64,000 bases of DNA from NCBI GenBank assembly GCA_963739455.1, contig CAVUAK010000001.1, positions 320,001 through 384,000 of the forward strand, in the 5' to 3' direction. The translations under genes were made by a program, and so were the position numbers. Origin of the DNA: an uncultured Gemmatimonadales bacterium (lineage in GTDB: Bacteria; Gemmatimonadota; Gemmatimonadetes; Gemmatimonadales; GWC2-71-9). This document shows positions 1 through 12,424 of this stretch, piece by piece; position 1 is the first letter of the stretch, and the number at the start of each line of letters is the position of its first letter. The notes beneath the pieces are model-generated. The model made no database searches and was not told where the DNA came from. It saw nothing but the letters and a program-made list of their open reading frames with translations.

Positions 1-181
1 CGGACCCCTCACTCTCGCGGCGCTGGCCTACGCCACCGCGGATACCGTGGGATACATCGTCGGCACCTACGGCGGAGCTGATCCCGCGACGCACACCGGC
101 AAGTACCTGCTCGCCCTGCGCCGCTCACCTGGCGGGCCCTGGATGATCGCGGCCGACATGGACAACTCGAGCACCAGGTAG
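1..181 (+). CDS. 3' end of NTF2-like/DUF4440 (YybH-like) protein, partial
   Basis: Own translation from position 2: GPLTLAALAYATADTVGYIVGTY...TGKYLLALRRSPGGPWMIAADMDN; stop TAG at 179-181. Confidence 0.6.
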   Translation, partial: GPLTLAALAYATADTVGYIVGTYGGADPATHTGKYLLALRRSPGGPWMIAADMDNSSTR

Positions 182-216
182 TGCCGCATGCCGGATCTTC
201 GCCTTCCGGTTCATCG

Positions 217-243
217 AGGAAAAGGGTGCCTGACCCTTCTCCT
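217..243. terminator. Hairpin between convergent genes
   Basis: aggaaaagggt-gcctg-acccttctcct inverted repeat. Confidence 0.5.
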
Positions 244-245
244 GC

Positions 246-1684
246 TCAGCGGGAGAACTTGAATTGCGTGCTCTCGGTGATCGTCATCGACGACCCGAGA
301 TTGTCCGGCACCGTCACCGTGCGCTTGATCTCGCAGACGGCCAGGTAGGTCGACGTCGAGTCCGTCTTGCACCATTCACCCGGCACGGTGAAGGTGAAAT
401 TGTTCCGGGCCTCCGCCAGCATCGCATCCGCATTCGGCAGGATCTGCTGCATCATCTGTTGCAGCTGTGCCCCGTCCGCCGCACTGCCCGGCGAGGCCTG
501 CATCTTCTCCGCGAGCGCCTTCAGCTTCGCCGGGTCCATCGCCGTCCAATTGGGCATCGACGAGGCGCTCGGCCCGACCTTCGTGCTGTGCAGCGCGATC
601 CATGACTCGGTGAAGATGCCGGCCTCCTTTTCCCCAGGCATGCCGGTCACGATTCGACCCGTTGCCGGGTTGCGGCACTTTGTCTCCACCGAATGAATGT
701 CGGCGCTCGGCACGAACTGGAACCGCAGCTTCACGTCCGGGCTCGCGCCGACACCCAGCCACATCGTCACGTCCGACTTCGGGCTCTGCTGGACCGTCAC
801 GACACAGCCGTTGTTTCGATTGATCTGCACCGCCGACCAGCTGATGGTGCCCGTCGCTCCGTCGGGTCCCGTCGTTGCGAAGTAGTCCGGCTCACCCTGG
901 TCCGGCCCGAGGGAGAGATAGTTCTGTCCCACCCCCGTGATGTGGCTGCTCGCCTTGGTCACGCCCTTCCCTGCCACCGTGATCGTCGAGATGTACTCCA
1001 CCTTGATGTTGTCGAGGGCGCAGCCGCAGTCGTTGTCACCCACGAAGGAACCACCCTGTGCCTTCACCCACTCCTTCGCCTGTTGCACCATCTGCGTGTG
1101 AGTGCCCGGCGGTGGTGCCGGCGTGATCTTGCCGAGGTCGTCCTCGACAATCGACTGCCCGCCTTCGCTCAGTCCACGCATTCCCTGGAATGCCGCGGCA
1201 ATGAACTGCGGGCCCCCATTGTCTCGCACGATGTGATCGATGAACGCGGCACCGGTGCTTCCCTCCTTCATCGAACTGCAGAGCTGGAGATCGGACTGAG
1301 GCTTCCACGAACTCATGGGCGCGACATGCCAGCGCTCCATGTGACACTCCTCGCACACCTTGGGTCCATCCGCCGCCTTGATCTCCACCACGCCCATGTG
1401 GCTCACGGCGCCCAGGTTGCCCAGCGGGTCGGCGATGCCCCCGTGGCAGTTGGTGCACCGGGGACTGCGGAACACCGGGATCATCTTCTGGAAGGCCTTG
1501 ATGGCGTTGACCTGTTGCGGCACCGTGAGCGGGCAATTGCCGCCCTGGCGTCGCGCGGCACGCCGCGCCGATGCGGCGGCCGGTTCCGACCCCCCATGCC
1601 AAAGGCCATGGCCACCAGCACCAGGGACATCACGGTGACGGACCACGACAGCCGCCGCAGGATCGGTGGCCACTTGGAAGGCAT
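246..1684 (-). CDS. Exported diheme c-type cytochrome with C-terminal extension (frameshift near 5' end)
   Basis: CTNCH and CEECH motifs; hydrophobic signal-like N-terminus MPSKWPPILRRLSWSVTVMSLVLVAMAF is in another frame starting at 1684. Confidence 0.65.
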
Positions 1685-1855
1685 GCGCGAGCGTCTCCGG
1701 ATGAGAGGGGCGATAACCAGGCGGCCAACCTACCTCGGCACTGTCATGGCTCCATCATCCAGAATCACTTCTAGATCATCTGGTCCAGGCGCCCTAACCA
1801 ATTGCACTTATTACACATGCAGCCGCTGCCACGGTCATGCCAAAATGGCCGATAA

Positions 1856-3887
<2,032 letters not shown>

Positions 3888-3899
3888 TAGAGGGCGTTA

Positions 3900-3966
3900 G
3901 GTCGGGGATGGCGGGGAAGGCGGGGAAGCATTCCCCAACCTCCCCGCCCTCCCCGCCCTCCCCGCC
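3900..3966. repeat. Inverted pair of 9-mer arrays (GGCGGGGAA-like x3 / CTCCCCGCC-like x4)
   Basis: Read directly; long hairpin after dnaK stop. Confidence 0.9.
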
Positions 3967-4057
3967 TTTCGTTACACTCTGCGACGGTCGGCCTACCCAA
4001 CGCATCTGGTTTAGTTAGGGTATAGATCGGTAGTCGTCACCCCAGCAAGGAAGACTG

Positions 4058-5683
4058 ATGTCCGCGCGTTCATTGAACTGGCTCAAGTTCGGCGGTCTGG
4101 TAGGTCTCGCGTTCGGCCTCGGACTGCTCTTCGCAGGCCTCCTCGACCTGCCCCGCACCTCAGAGGCACAGCAGGCCAGTGGCCCCCCGGCCACCGCGAC
4201 CAAGTCGATCATCACCCCGACGCAGGCGCCCGCTATTCCGGCCGCCAAGTCGTTGCAGGACCTGAGTGACGCATTCGCCGCCGTCGCCGAGGCCGTGCGC
4301 CCCAGCGTGGTGTTCATCAAGGCATCGCACTCCGAGAAGGCCAGCGCCCCGCAGACGCAGCGTGATCCCCGGATCCCGCAGGGCATGGAGCCGTTCTTCC
4401 AGCCCCGTCGCAAGCCCGAGTTCGAGCAGGGCAGTGGCACCGGCTTCATCGTGTCGCAGGACGGCTACATCCTCACCAACAACCACGTCGTTCAGGGCGC
4501 CGACAAGGTCATCGTCCGGCTGCTGAACCGGAACGAGTATGTGGCGAAGGTGATTGGCGCCGACCCGAACACCGACGTGGCGGTCCTCAAGATCGACGCG
4601 ACCGGCCTCACCCCTGCCGCCTTGGGCGACAGCGATCGTGAGCGCATCGGTGAGTGGGTGCTGGCCATCGGCAACCCGCTGGGCGACGGGCTGACGTTCA
4701 CCGTCACCTCCGGCATCATCAGCGCCAAGGGCCGCACCCTCGACGGGCTCCAGCGTGGTGGCGTCACCATCTCCGACTTCATCCAGACCGACGCCGCGAT
4801 CAACCCCGGCAACTCCGGTGGTCCGCTGGTCAACGTGCAGGGTGAGGTGATCGGCATCAACTCCGCCATCGCCAGCGAGACCGGCTTCTACTCCGGCTAT
4901 GGCTTCGCGATCCCGATCAACCTGGCCCGCCAGGTCATGACGCAGCTCATCAAGACCGGCAAGGTGCAGCGTGCCGCGCTCGGCATCAACATCGCCGAGG
5001 CGTCGCCGGAAGACGCGAAGTACGTGGGACTCACCGAGCCCTACGGTGTGAAGGTCGCAGCGTTTCCGGCCAACTCACCCGCCGAGAAGGCCGGGCTCGA
5101 GGAGGGTGACATCATCGTATCGATCGATGGCAAGAAGGTCGAGCGCGTGGGCCAGTTGCAGCAGGAAGTTGGCTTCAAGGCGCCCGGCGACGTTGTTACC
5201 GTCGAGGTGGCGCGCAAGGCTGGCGTCCGGAAGACGTACAAGGTGAAGCTGCAGTCGCTCGCCGAGGTACAGCAGCTCGCGGCGGATGGCACCCCGGGCG
5301 ATGACGAATCGGATACCGCCGCCGACAACGCCAAGGACGACGCGCTCAATGCGGTCGTTCAGCAGCGCCTCGGCATCGCAGCCGAGCCGCTCGATCCGGC
5401 CGACGTGAAGGCACTCGGCTTGCCGCCCACCACCGCCGGGCTCGTGGTGACGGAAGTGGTTCCCGGTGGCCCGTCGTTCGACGCGCTCCGCGCCGCGCGG
5501 AATGGAGCCGCCGACATCCTCATCTCGGTCGAGGGCCAGCCGGTGAAGACCATGGCCGACCTGCGCACGGTGCTGGCCGCGCAGAAGCCCGGGTCGATCG
5601 TCACCCTTCGCATCCTCACGGTTCAGGGCGGCGCTACGCCGCTCCGGCGAGTGGAGCGGGTGCAGTTGGCGAACGCGCAGTAA
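4058..5683 (+). CDS. degP: DegP/HtrA (Do family) serine protease with two PDZ domains
   Basis: TNNHVV, TDVAVLKI, QTDAAINPGNSGGPL. Confidence 0.93.
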   Translation: MSARSLNWLKFGGLVGLAFGLGLLFAGLLDLPRTSEAQQASGPPATATKSIITPTQAPAIPAAKSLQDLSDAFAAVAEAVRPSVVFIKASHSEKASAPQTQRDPRIPQGMEPFFQPRRKPEFEQGSGTGFIVSQDGYILTNNHVVQGADKVIVRLLNRNEYVAKVIGADPNTDVAVLKIDATGLTPAALGDSDRERIGEWVLAIGNPLGDGLTFTVTSGIISAKGRTLDGLQRGGVTISDFIQTDAAINPGNSGGPLVNVQGEVIGINSAIASETGFYSGYGFAIPINLARQVMTQLIKTGKVQRAALGINIAEASPEDAKYVGLTEPYGVKVAAFPANSPAEKAGLEEGDIIVSIDGKKVERVGQLQQEVGFKAPGDVVTVEVARKAGVRKTYKVKLQSLAEVQQLAADGTPGDDESDTAADNAKDDALNAVVQQRLGIAAEPLDPADVKALGLPPTTAGLVVTEVVPGGPSFDALRAARNGAADILISVEGQPVKTMADLRTVLAAQKPGSIVTLRILTVQGGATPLRRVERVQLANAQ

Positions 5684-5710
5684 CTGAAGTCGCGCGGTTC
5701 AGCGGTCAGG

Positions 5711-5740
5711 GAGAGGCGCCAGGATTCTGGCGCCTTTCTC
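5711..5740 (+). terminator. Rho-independent terminator-like hairpin
   Basis: gagaggcgccag-gatt-ctggcgcctttctc. Confidence 0.7.
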
Positions 5741-5762
5741 ACAATCAGCCTCGAGGACCTGC

Positions 5763-6989
5763 ATGCCTATTCCCCGCTGGCGCGTGCGCGCGACCAGTTC
5801 AGCGATCATCTGTGGTGCGGTCCTCGCGGCGTGCGGTGGCGATGATGGGCCCGGTGAGCCGGCGGGCACCCTGTTGCACTTCTCGTTCTGCCCCGGAGAT
5901 GCACCGGTCTGGCTCGCGGTGCAGGATGGCGATGCGGCATGGACCCGGGTCGATCCGCAGCGAGCGGGCCTCTATCAGGCCCGCTTCACCGCCGCTCGCG
6001 GCGGCGTCGCCTACGTCTCGAGCGCAGGCCACAGCTTCACCGTCAATTACGGAGACCTGGCCGAGCTGGCGTCCATCAGTTGTGCCTCCGGCGACAAGAT
6101 CCTGAATGGCAACGTTGCCGGTCTTGCCTCGGCAGAGGGTTCAAACATCCATTACGGCAGCACACTGGTCTCGGTCACCGCGCAGGCGCCTCGCTTTCAG
6201 TTCCGGAACATTCCCGATGGGCAGCAGGACCTGTTTGCGACACGCTTCACCTGGACTGGCGGCGGAGGGCAGCTGGCAAATCGCCTGGTCATTCGGAGGG
6301 CGCAGACGCTTACGTCGGGCAGCCGGATCCCGCCAATCGACTTCGCTTCGTCGGAATCATTTGCTTCGGCCTTCGCCACGGCGTCCGTGACTGGAGCCGA
6401 TGGCGCGGCGGCGGCTACGCTCGAGTCCACCTGGGAGGGACGCGGATCGACGGCGCTCCTCATGTACAGCCCAACGCCGGGCCCGCTCGTGTATCCCGCA
6501 GTTCCCCAGGATCGGCTCGGCCCCGGCGAATTCTCGTCGCTGCAGGCCGTCACCTTCGACCAGCTCGGTGTTCGCTCGTCGACTTCGTATTTCCGCGCGC
6601 CAACTGACAGGGTTGTCACCATGGGGCCGATGCTGAACACGCCCGTGGTGACCTGGACCGGCAGTCCGTCCAGTTTGCGCCCCCGCACTCAGTTGGCGTC
6701 GCAGCCGCAGTACGCGCGAACGGCCTCGGTCGCGTACTACCAGGCCACCAGCAAGGTGAGTGTCAGCACGACGTCGGGCTACCTTGGCGGGACGCCGCCG
6801 ACATGGGATATCGAGGTGCCTGATCTCTCTTCCGTGGACGGATGGAATGATGCGTGGGGGCTTGGCGCAGGTCCGGTGAACTCCTGGCGCGTAGCTGCCG
6901 GGGGTGGCTCGCTGCGGAGTCTGGGGGATGCCCTGCGCGACGGGGACGTGGCCATGTCTGCCTACATCGATGGCAGCGCCGGGAACTAG
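5763..6989 (+). CDS. Hypothetical lipoprotein, paralog of 15921-17165
   Basis: Lipobox LAAC; shared WxAxQDGDxxWTR motif. Confidence 0.75.
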   Translation: MPIPRWRVRATSSAIICGAVLAACGGDDGPGEPAGTLLHFSFCPGDAPVWLAVQDGDAAWTRVDPQRAGLYQARFTAARGGVAYVSSAGHSFTVNYGDLAELASISCASGDKILNGNVAGLASAEGSNIHYGSTLVSVTAQAPRFQFRNIPDGQQDLFATRFTWTGGGGQLANRLVIRRAQTLTSGSRIPPIDFASSESFASAFATASVTGADGAAAATLESTWEGRGSTALLMYSPTPGPLVYPAVPQDRLGPGEFSSLQAVTFDQLGVRSSTSYFRAPTDRVVTMGPMLNTPVVTWTGSPSSLRPRTQLASQPQYARTASVAYYQATSKVSVSTTSGYLGGTPPTWDIEVPDLSSVDGWNDAWGLGAGPVNSWRVAAGGGSLRSLGDALRDGDVAMSAYIDGSAGN

Positions 6990-6996
6990 ACCTGCC

Positions 6997-8397
6997 CTAA
7001 CGTGCCTGCTTGTCCGGCGCCCCAGGCACCACCGTCGCCGACCGGGACTTCGTGATGTAGTTGCAGTAGCTGTTGCTGTACTGCAGCACGCCCTGCTTCA
7101 GGACGAGGTCATGCTTCATGCCCCACGACTGCTGCTGAGTGGGGCCCGAGCCGATCACCTGGAATCCCAGCTGCCGCGCCCTGCCCTCGCACGCATTCTT
7201 CGCATCGTCGAACACGTTGCCACCACCGCCTCCAGTCACCTCGCGCTGGTCCGTGATCAAGGCGGTGTTGTTGGACGATCGATACGTGCACTTGATCGCC
7301 CAGGTCCGGTTCTGCAAGCGCGCCTTCATTTCCACGTAGGCGTAGGCGCCGCTCTGGCGCACCGACTCGATGGCGATATTCTGGTAACCGGCCGTCCTCG
7401 CCTGGTTGGTGCACACCTCGCGACCGCGCTGGATGAGGTTGCCCGTACCACCCGCAGGGTCTTCCGATGTGATTTGTGCGCGGTTGCTGAAGGCGTCGTA
7501 CTGGCAGTCCAGCAGGTACTGGCCGGTGGACCGGTACCCGCGCAGGTAGACCCACACCACATTGCCCCTCTGGTTCAGGCTGGTGATGCTGATGTTCTGG
7601 TATGCGCGGCTCCGCGCCTTGTCATGGCACGCGTTACGGGCCTGCTGAAGAATGCTGCCGCTGCCGCCCCATGTGCCCGGGTAGCCGATCCAGCCCGACC
7701 CGGTACCGCCGTGACCCACCGCAAACTCCCCGCGACACCCATCGTTCACCCACACGCCATGGAGGTCGTAGCCCCAGTTCCGCTGCTGCACACAGGGCGT
7801 CGACGACAATTGCCGGACCAGCGTCACCTGTCCGTCGGTGCGCGTGAAGCAACGGGTGTAGCGGCCGTCGTTGCTCTGGCATGAGACGATGCGGAGGTCA
7901 CCCTGCCAGCTCGCGTCACCATACCCCACCTCGAACTCGCCCCGGCACCCGTTGCCCACCCAGATCTGGTCCGTCTGGTAGCCCCAGGTGTTGCCCGCAA
8001 TGCAGGGAGCCGGTGACAACTGCTTCACCAGCCGCACGTAGCCATAGGTGGGAAGCTGGCAGATCATGAAGGCGCCATTCTCGCTCTCGCACCGTACCCG
8101 CTGGCCCCAGTTCCCCGACTGCCAGCCGGTGCCGGACCCGTTCACCAGGAAGAGCCCGCCGCAGCCGCGATCGACCCAGACGGCGTTCCAGTCGAAGCCC
8201 CAGGTGCGACCGTACTCGCAGCGCGCCGAGGAAAGCGTCTGCTGCAGCCGGACACTGCCACCGGTAACCACCGGGCAGGTGGTGAAGGCGCCCGCGCTCT
8301 GGCAGGGAATGGTGGTCTGGGCCGACGCCGGCCGGGCGTGAACCACGGTGACGACGCAGAGCCCCGCGGCGAGGACCACGGTCCGGAAATTCAGCAT
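6997..8397 (-). CDS. Exported DUF3011-domain protein with repeated Cys-rich modules
   Basis: Three repeats of C.S....C...V.L..QLS...C.....WG....vWV..GC.G.F; signal peptide. Confidence 0.8.
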   Translation of the reverse strand: MLNFRTVVLAAGLCVVTVVHARPASAQTTIPCQSAGAFTTCPVVTGGSVRLQQTLSSARCEYGRTWGFDWNAVWVDRGCGGLFLVNGSGTGWQSGNWGQRVRCESENGAFMICQLPTYGYVRLVKQLSPAPCIAGNTWGYQTDQIWVGNGCRGEFEVGYGDASWQGDLRIVSCQSNDGRYTRCFTRTDGQVTLVRQLSSTPCVQQRNWGYDLHGVWVNDGCRGEFAVGHGGTGSGWIGYPGTWGGSGSILQQARNACHDKARSRAYQNISITSLNQRGNVVWVYLRGYRSTGQYLLDCQYDAFSNRAQITSEDPAGGTGNLIQRGREVCTNQARTAGYQNIAIESVRQSGAYAYVEMKARLQNRTWAIKCTYRSSNNTALITDQREVTGGGGGNVFDDAKNACEGRARQLGFQVIGSGPTQQQSWGMKHDLVLKQGVLQYSNSYCNYITKSRSATVVPGAPDKQAR

Positions 8398-8475
8398 GAG
8401 GGGCTCCGCTGGTGATCGGAAGTGACTCGAAGATATCCCGCGACGGTTCCGCTGTCAGTATCTTTCGGGCACCCG

Positions 8476-8557
8476 GCGAGCGTGGCGGAATTGGTAGACG
8501 CGCAGGACTTAGGATCCTGTGGAGCAATCCGTGGGGGTTCGAGTCCCTCCGTTCGCA
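8476..8557 (+). tRNA. tRNA-Leu(TAG), CCA not encoded
   Basis: GCGAGCG/CGTTCGC acceptor stem, TGGCGGAATTGGTAGACGC D-arm, cagga-ctTAGga-tcctg anticodon arm, long variable arm, GGTTCGAGTCC. Confidence 0.96.
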
Positions 8558-8658
8558 TAAGGGATGACGTGATTCGGGCGCTTCTTGCGCGTTAGTAGGT
8601 AGGACCTCGTCGCAGCCATCCCGGCTGCGTCCCCGTCCCGCCCCCGCAAGGAGCCACC

Positions 8659-9123
8659 ATGTCGTCCCTGAGGTTCGAGCCTGTACCCGGGCCCGCCCGG
8701 TTCTCCTACTCGCCACTGGGCACCGGCCATGCCGGGGACTGGACCGGGCGGTGGGCGAATGACCGCAACGCGACAGTCGTGCTCAACATCGCCTGCCCTG
8801 ACACCGCCAAGCGCGAGTACGACATCGCCGTGCGCGAAAGGGTGTCCTCGCCAGCCTCGCTCCTGCGGCACACCTTCGTACAGATCTTCGAGACGTGCGC
8901 ACCGGCAACGCCGATTCCCGCCGCCTCCGATGCCCCCGAAGGGGAGGTGCGCACGCTCCTCCTGCCCGAGCACGGCATCCTGCTGTGCCTGTACCAGCTC
9001 ATCGAGCAGCAGGCCGGGCCGTGGACTGGTCCACCTTGCCGGATCATCCGCTACCGGCGACCAGCCACGGCGCGCGCCGCCGGGGTTGACCTGATGCTCC
9101 TGCAAACACCGCGAGTGGACTGA
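8659..9123 (+). CDS. Hypothetical protein
   Basis: AAGGAG SD upstream of ATG; fills intergenic space; no recognised motif. Confidence 0.5.
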   Translation: MSSLRFEPVPGPARFSYSPLGTGHAGDWTGRWANDRNATVVLNIACPDTAKREYDIAVRERVSSPASLLRHTFVQIFETCAPATPIPAASDAPEGEVRTLLLPEHGILLCLYQLIEQQAGPWTGPPCRIIRYRRPATARAAGVDLMLLQTPRVD

Positions 9124-9152
9124 AGCGCTGACCCCCCGCGATGTGCGCGGGC

Positions 9153-9187
9153 CTTCACGTCTTCAAGTCTTCAAGTCTTCAAGTCCT
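9153..9187. repeat. 8-mer array (CTTCAMGT)x4
   Basis: cttcacgt cttcaagt cttcaagt cttcaagt cct, abutting the stop at 9186. Confidence 0.9.
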
Positions 9188-10265
9188 AGAATGTCGCCCC
9201 CACCAGCCCGCTCGGACCGATCGGGACGTTGATGCTGTCGGTCAGCGCGAGTGTGCTGCCGTCATACACGAAGTAGTACGCCGGCTGTGATTGCGCCGCC
9301 GAACCGAAGAATGCCTGGTACACATCGCCATTCGGCGCCACGGTGGCATCAGCCGCGCCGCGGCAGGCCCCGCCCGTCACCGGCGCGCAGAGCGGATTCG
9401 ATGGGTCGCGGAGGAACGCCGACGTGGTGGTGCTCCAGGCGATCGTGCCATAGCTGAAGCTCGAGATGAACGCCCGACCCTGAGAATCGATGCTGATCGT
9501 GATCGGTGCATCGCCGAACCCAGGTACCGTCGTCTCGACCACGTTGGTCGCCAGGTTGATCACCGACAGCGTCCCGTTGCTTGCGCCGTAGTCGCCGGTA
9601 TTCACGACGTACAGCTTGCCGTTCGGCGCCACCGCGGCATACTGAGGATTGGTGCCCACCGTGAAGGTCCTCACCACTGCCATCGTCGACGGATTGAGCT
9701 CCGTCACCACGCCAGGGCCCGCCGACATGTAGTTGTCGTCGAGGTTGCTGGAGACGACGAACGCCCGGCCGCCGGTTGCGACCACGCTGTTCGGGAACTG
9801 CGTGACGGTGACGAGCCCGGTCACCGCACTGGCTGACTGCGCCGGGTCGAACTTGCCGCACTGGTCGGTGGACTGGTTGCACACCACGACCGTGCTGGCA
9901 TTCACGAACGCCGAGCCGGTTGCATTTCCCGAGGGGAAGAAGAAGTCCCGCTCCACCGTCTCCGTGGCGAGGTTGACGTACGCCACGCTCCCGACGTTGC
10001 CCAGCGGCACCGCGGCAAAGTTCCCGAGCACCGAGAGTCCCACCGGCGTCACCGTCGAGCTGGCGCCCAGCGGAATGCTCACGCGCTCAGCCGGCGCCCC
10101 CGTCTGCAGCATGAACAGGGCCCGGTCGAGGTTGACGGCAAGCATGATCCCGGGGTCGGACGCCGTGCCATCGAGGAAATTGGGCGCTGGGGGCGTGTCG
10201 TCGCTGCACGCGGCAAGGGTGAACAGTGCGGCGAGTGCGAACAAGGCGGCATGGCGTCGGTTCAT
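9186..10265 (-). CDS. YncE-like beta-propeller lipoprotein, putative cobalamin-binding (BtuG-like)
   Basis: Lipobox LAAC; YVTN-type repeats (VGTNPQYAAVAPNGKLYVVN); last gene of the B12 operon. Confidence 0.7.
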   Translation of the reverse strand: MNRRHAALFALAALFTLAACSDDTPPAPNFLDGTASDPGIMLAVNLDRALFMLQTGAPAERVSIPLGASSTVTPVGLSVLGNFAAVPLGNVGSVAYVNLATETVERDFFFPSGNATGSAFVNASTVVVCNQSTDQCGKFDPAQSASAVTGLVTVTQFPNSVVATGGRAFVVSSNLDDNYMSAGPGVVTELNPSTMAVVRTFTVGTNPQYAAVAPNGKLYVVNTGDYGASNGTLSVINLATNVVETTVPGFGDAPITISIDSQGRAFISSFSYGTIAWSTTTSAFLRDPSNPLCAPVTGGACRGAADATVAPNGDVYQAFFGSAAQSQPAYYFVYDGSTLALTDSINVPIGPSGLVGATF

Positions 10266-10270
10266 TCTGG

Positions 10271-12424
10271 TCACGATCCGTAGCGGAGGGAGATGTCGAA
10301 CCGGAGCACACGCCCCGGCAGGGGAAAGTCGATCAGCATGCCGGTGCGGGTGCCGATCAGGTTGTCGATGGCAAAGCGTGCCCTCACCGCCATTCCGCCC
10401 ACCGGAATGACTCGCGAGACGCGAAAGTCGAGCAGGTGGACGGGAGGAAGGGAGTTGAGGTCGGTGCCCATCGCCGTGCGGCGCGATCCGGCGTAGCGCC
10501 ACGCCAGGCCGCCGTCGAACCCGAGCACGCTGGCATCTGCGCTGGCGGTGGCGCTCCAGAGTGGCCGGTAGATCACCTGCCCGGACAGGACCGGCCCGTC
10601 ATACGTGACGCTCGCGAGCGCTACTCCGCCGGCAAGTGCCACGTGGCTGCCCCGCGGTGCCATGTGCACGTTGAGCTCGCCGCCACGGCGACTCACGTCG
10701 AAATTGTTCGGGCTCCAGATGAACCTGAAGTCGGGCGACCAGAGGATCATCCCGCTGATGTCGGCCGCGAAGAGGTTGAGCCCGACCCCTGCGTTGAGCG
10801 ACGCCGGCCCCACCTCCCGCGCTTCCAGGAACACCGACCACTCGCTCTTCACCCGTTCCGGCTGCAGCAGCGGGTTGGGGCGAACCTGCACCCCTTCCTG
10901 GAAGTACATGTCGCCCAGGGTCGGCGGGTTGTACGCCTGCGCCCAGCGCAGTTCCGCGCTCCACCAGGCATGCCGCAGCAGCGCGCCCACCTGCGGCGAC
11001 GCGTACCACTGGTCCAGCACCGAACTGCCATCCACCATCAGGGCAGCGTTGGCGTCGAGTGCCCAGTCGCCGGTGATGAGCGGAGCCCGGGCGGCGACGC
11101 GCCCGCCACCGTAGTACGTCGCGCCCGGCGCACCCTGACTCAGTGCCGTGCCACTGATGCCCATGCGCTGAAAGAGCAGTCCGGCACTCAGGTCCATCCT
11201 CTTTACGACGCGCGTAACACCAGCATCCACTAGCAGCACGTCAGCGCGGCTCTGGTTGTCATACGGTGCGCTGAACGGTGGCGCGCTGTCCGTGAACGTC
11301 GCGTCCTGCCGCTGCAGCGATACGCTGGCTGCCGCTGTGGCCTGCCCCAGCTTCATCGTGCCGTCGAGCCCGGCGCCAATCCGCTGCTGCGTCTGGTGAC
11401 CGGTCAGCGACGGCTGTACTACCGTCCCCGGCATTCCCCGGTCCATGTCGAAGTACTCGCCACGCAGCCGCGCCTCGGCGCGGGCGCCGGTCAACGACAT
11501 CACGCCATTGAGGGACAGGTCGCGCGCGGCCGAGTTGAGCCGTACGCCGGTGCCGCCGCCACGCTCCGGCGGGATGTCGTACGGATAGTCGCCGGCGAAA
11601 TTGTTCCATGCCCCGCCTAGCGATGCCGCAACCCCGCCGCCGTTGCCTTGGCCCGCCGACACGCGCCCGGCGACCGCTCGACCGCCGTAGCTGCCCCCAC
11701 CCACCTCCGCCTGTGCCTCGACCCCGAGCGGTCGGCGCGTAGTCACCACAATCGCGCCGCCCAGCGCCTGCCGGCCGTAACGCGCCGACTGTGCGCCGCG
11801 GAGCACCGAGACACTTTCCACGTTGTCGAGCCGCACCAGCGAAAGGTCGGCGCTGCCGCTGACCGCCTGGTTCTGCGGCACGCCATCGACCAGTACCAGC
11901 ACCTGGTTGGCACTCGAGCCACGAATCGACGCCACCGCCGGTGAGCCGGGTCCGCCGGCCCGCGTCACCACCACGCCCGGCTGCTGCTGCAGGACCTCGC
12001 CCAGGTCGGTGGCACCGCTGCGCTCGATCGCCGCCCGGTCGATCGCGGTTACGCCGCCCGGCACCGGTGCCTCGGCGGTTGTCTCGAGTTCAGCCAGGTG
12101 TACCGGCGCCGACAGCATGCGGAAAGTGAGTGATGAGGCACTGCCATTGGCGAGCTCGATGTCGCGTGTGATCGGCGCGAAGCCGACCTTGCGCACCGTC
12201 ACCTGCGCATCACCCGGCCGCAGGGCATGGATGATGAACGTGCCATCACTTCCCGTCGCCGTGCGTGACCCATCGCTCAGCAACACTTCCGCGTCCTGGA
12301 TCGGGGTCGACGTGGAGTCATCGAACACCCGGCCGCGCAGCTCGGGCGCGTGCTGCGCCTGAAGCGGAAACGCCGCTATCACGGAGAGCAGCGCCAGGCA
12401 GGCGGTGGCGCGTGCGAGCATCAC
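10271..12424 (-). CDS. btuB: TonB-dependent receptor, BtuB-like
   Basis: Plug motifs SIRGSSANQVLVLVDGVP and VESVSVLRGAQSARYG; riboswitch context. Confidence 0.85.
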   Translation of the reverse strand: MMLARATACLALLSVIAAFPLQAQHAPELRGRVFDDSTSTPIQDAEVLLSDGSRTATGSDGTFIIHALRPGDAQVTVRKVGFAPITRDIELANGSASSLTFRMLSAPVHLAELETTAEAPVPGGVTAIDRAAIERSGATDLGEVLQQQPGVVVTRAGGPGSPAVASIRGSSANQVLVLVDGVPQNQAVSGSADLSLVRLDNVESVSVLRGAQSARYGRQALGGAIVVTTRRPLGVEAQAEVGGGSYGGRAVAGRVSAGQGNGGGVAASLGGAWNNFAGDYPYDIPPERGGGTGVRLNSAARDLSLNGVMSLTGARAEARLRGEYFDMDRGMPGTVVQPSLTGHQTQQRIGAGLDGTMKLGQATAAASVSLQRQDATFTDSAPPFSAPYDNQSRADVLLVDAGVTRVVKRMDLSAGLLFQRMGISGTALSQGAPGATYYGGGRVAARAPLITGDWALDANAALMVDGSSVLDQWYASPQVGALLRHAWWSAELRWAQAYNPPTLGDMYFQEGVQVRPNPLLQPERVKSEWSVFLEAREVGPASLNAGVGLNLFAADISGMILWSPDFRFIWSPNNFDVSRRGGELNVHMAPRGSHVALAGGVALASVTYDGPVLSGQVIYRPLWSATASADASVLGFDGGLAWRYAGSRRTAMGTDLNSLPPVHLLDFRVSRVIPVGGMAVRARFAIDNLIGTRTGMLIDFPLPGRVLRFDISLRYGS

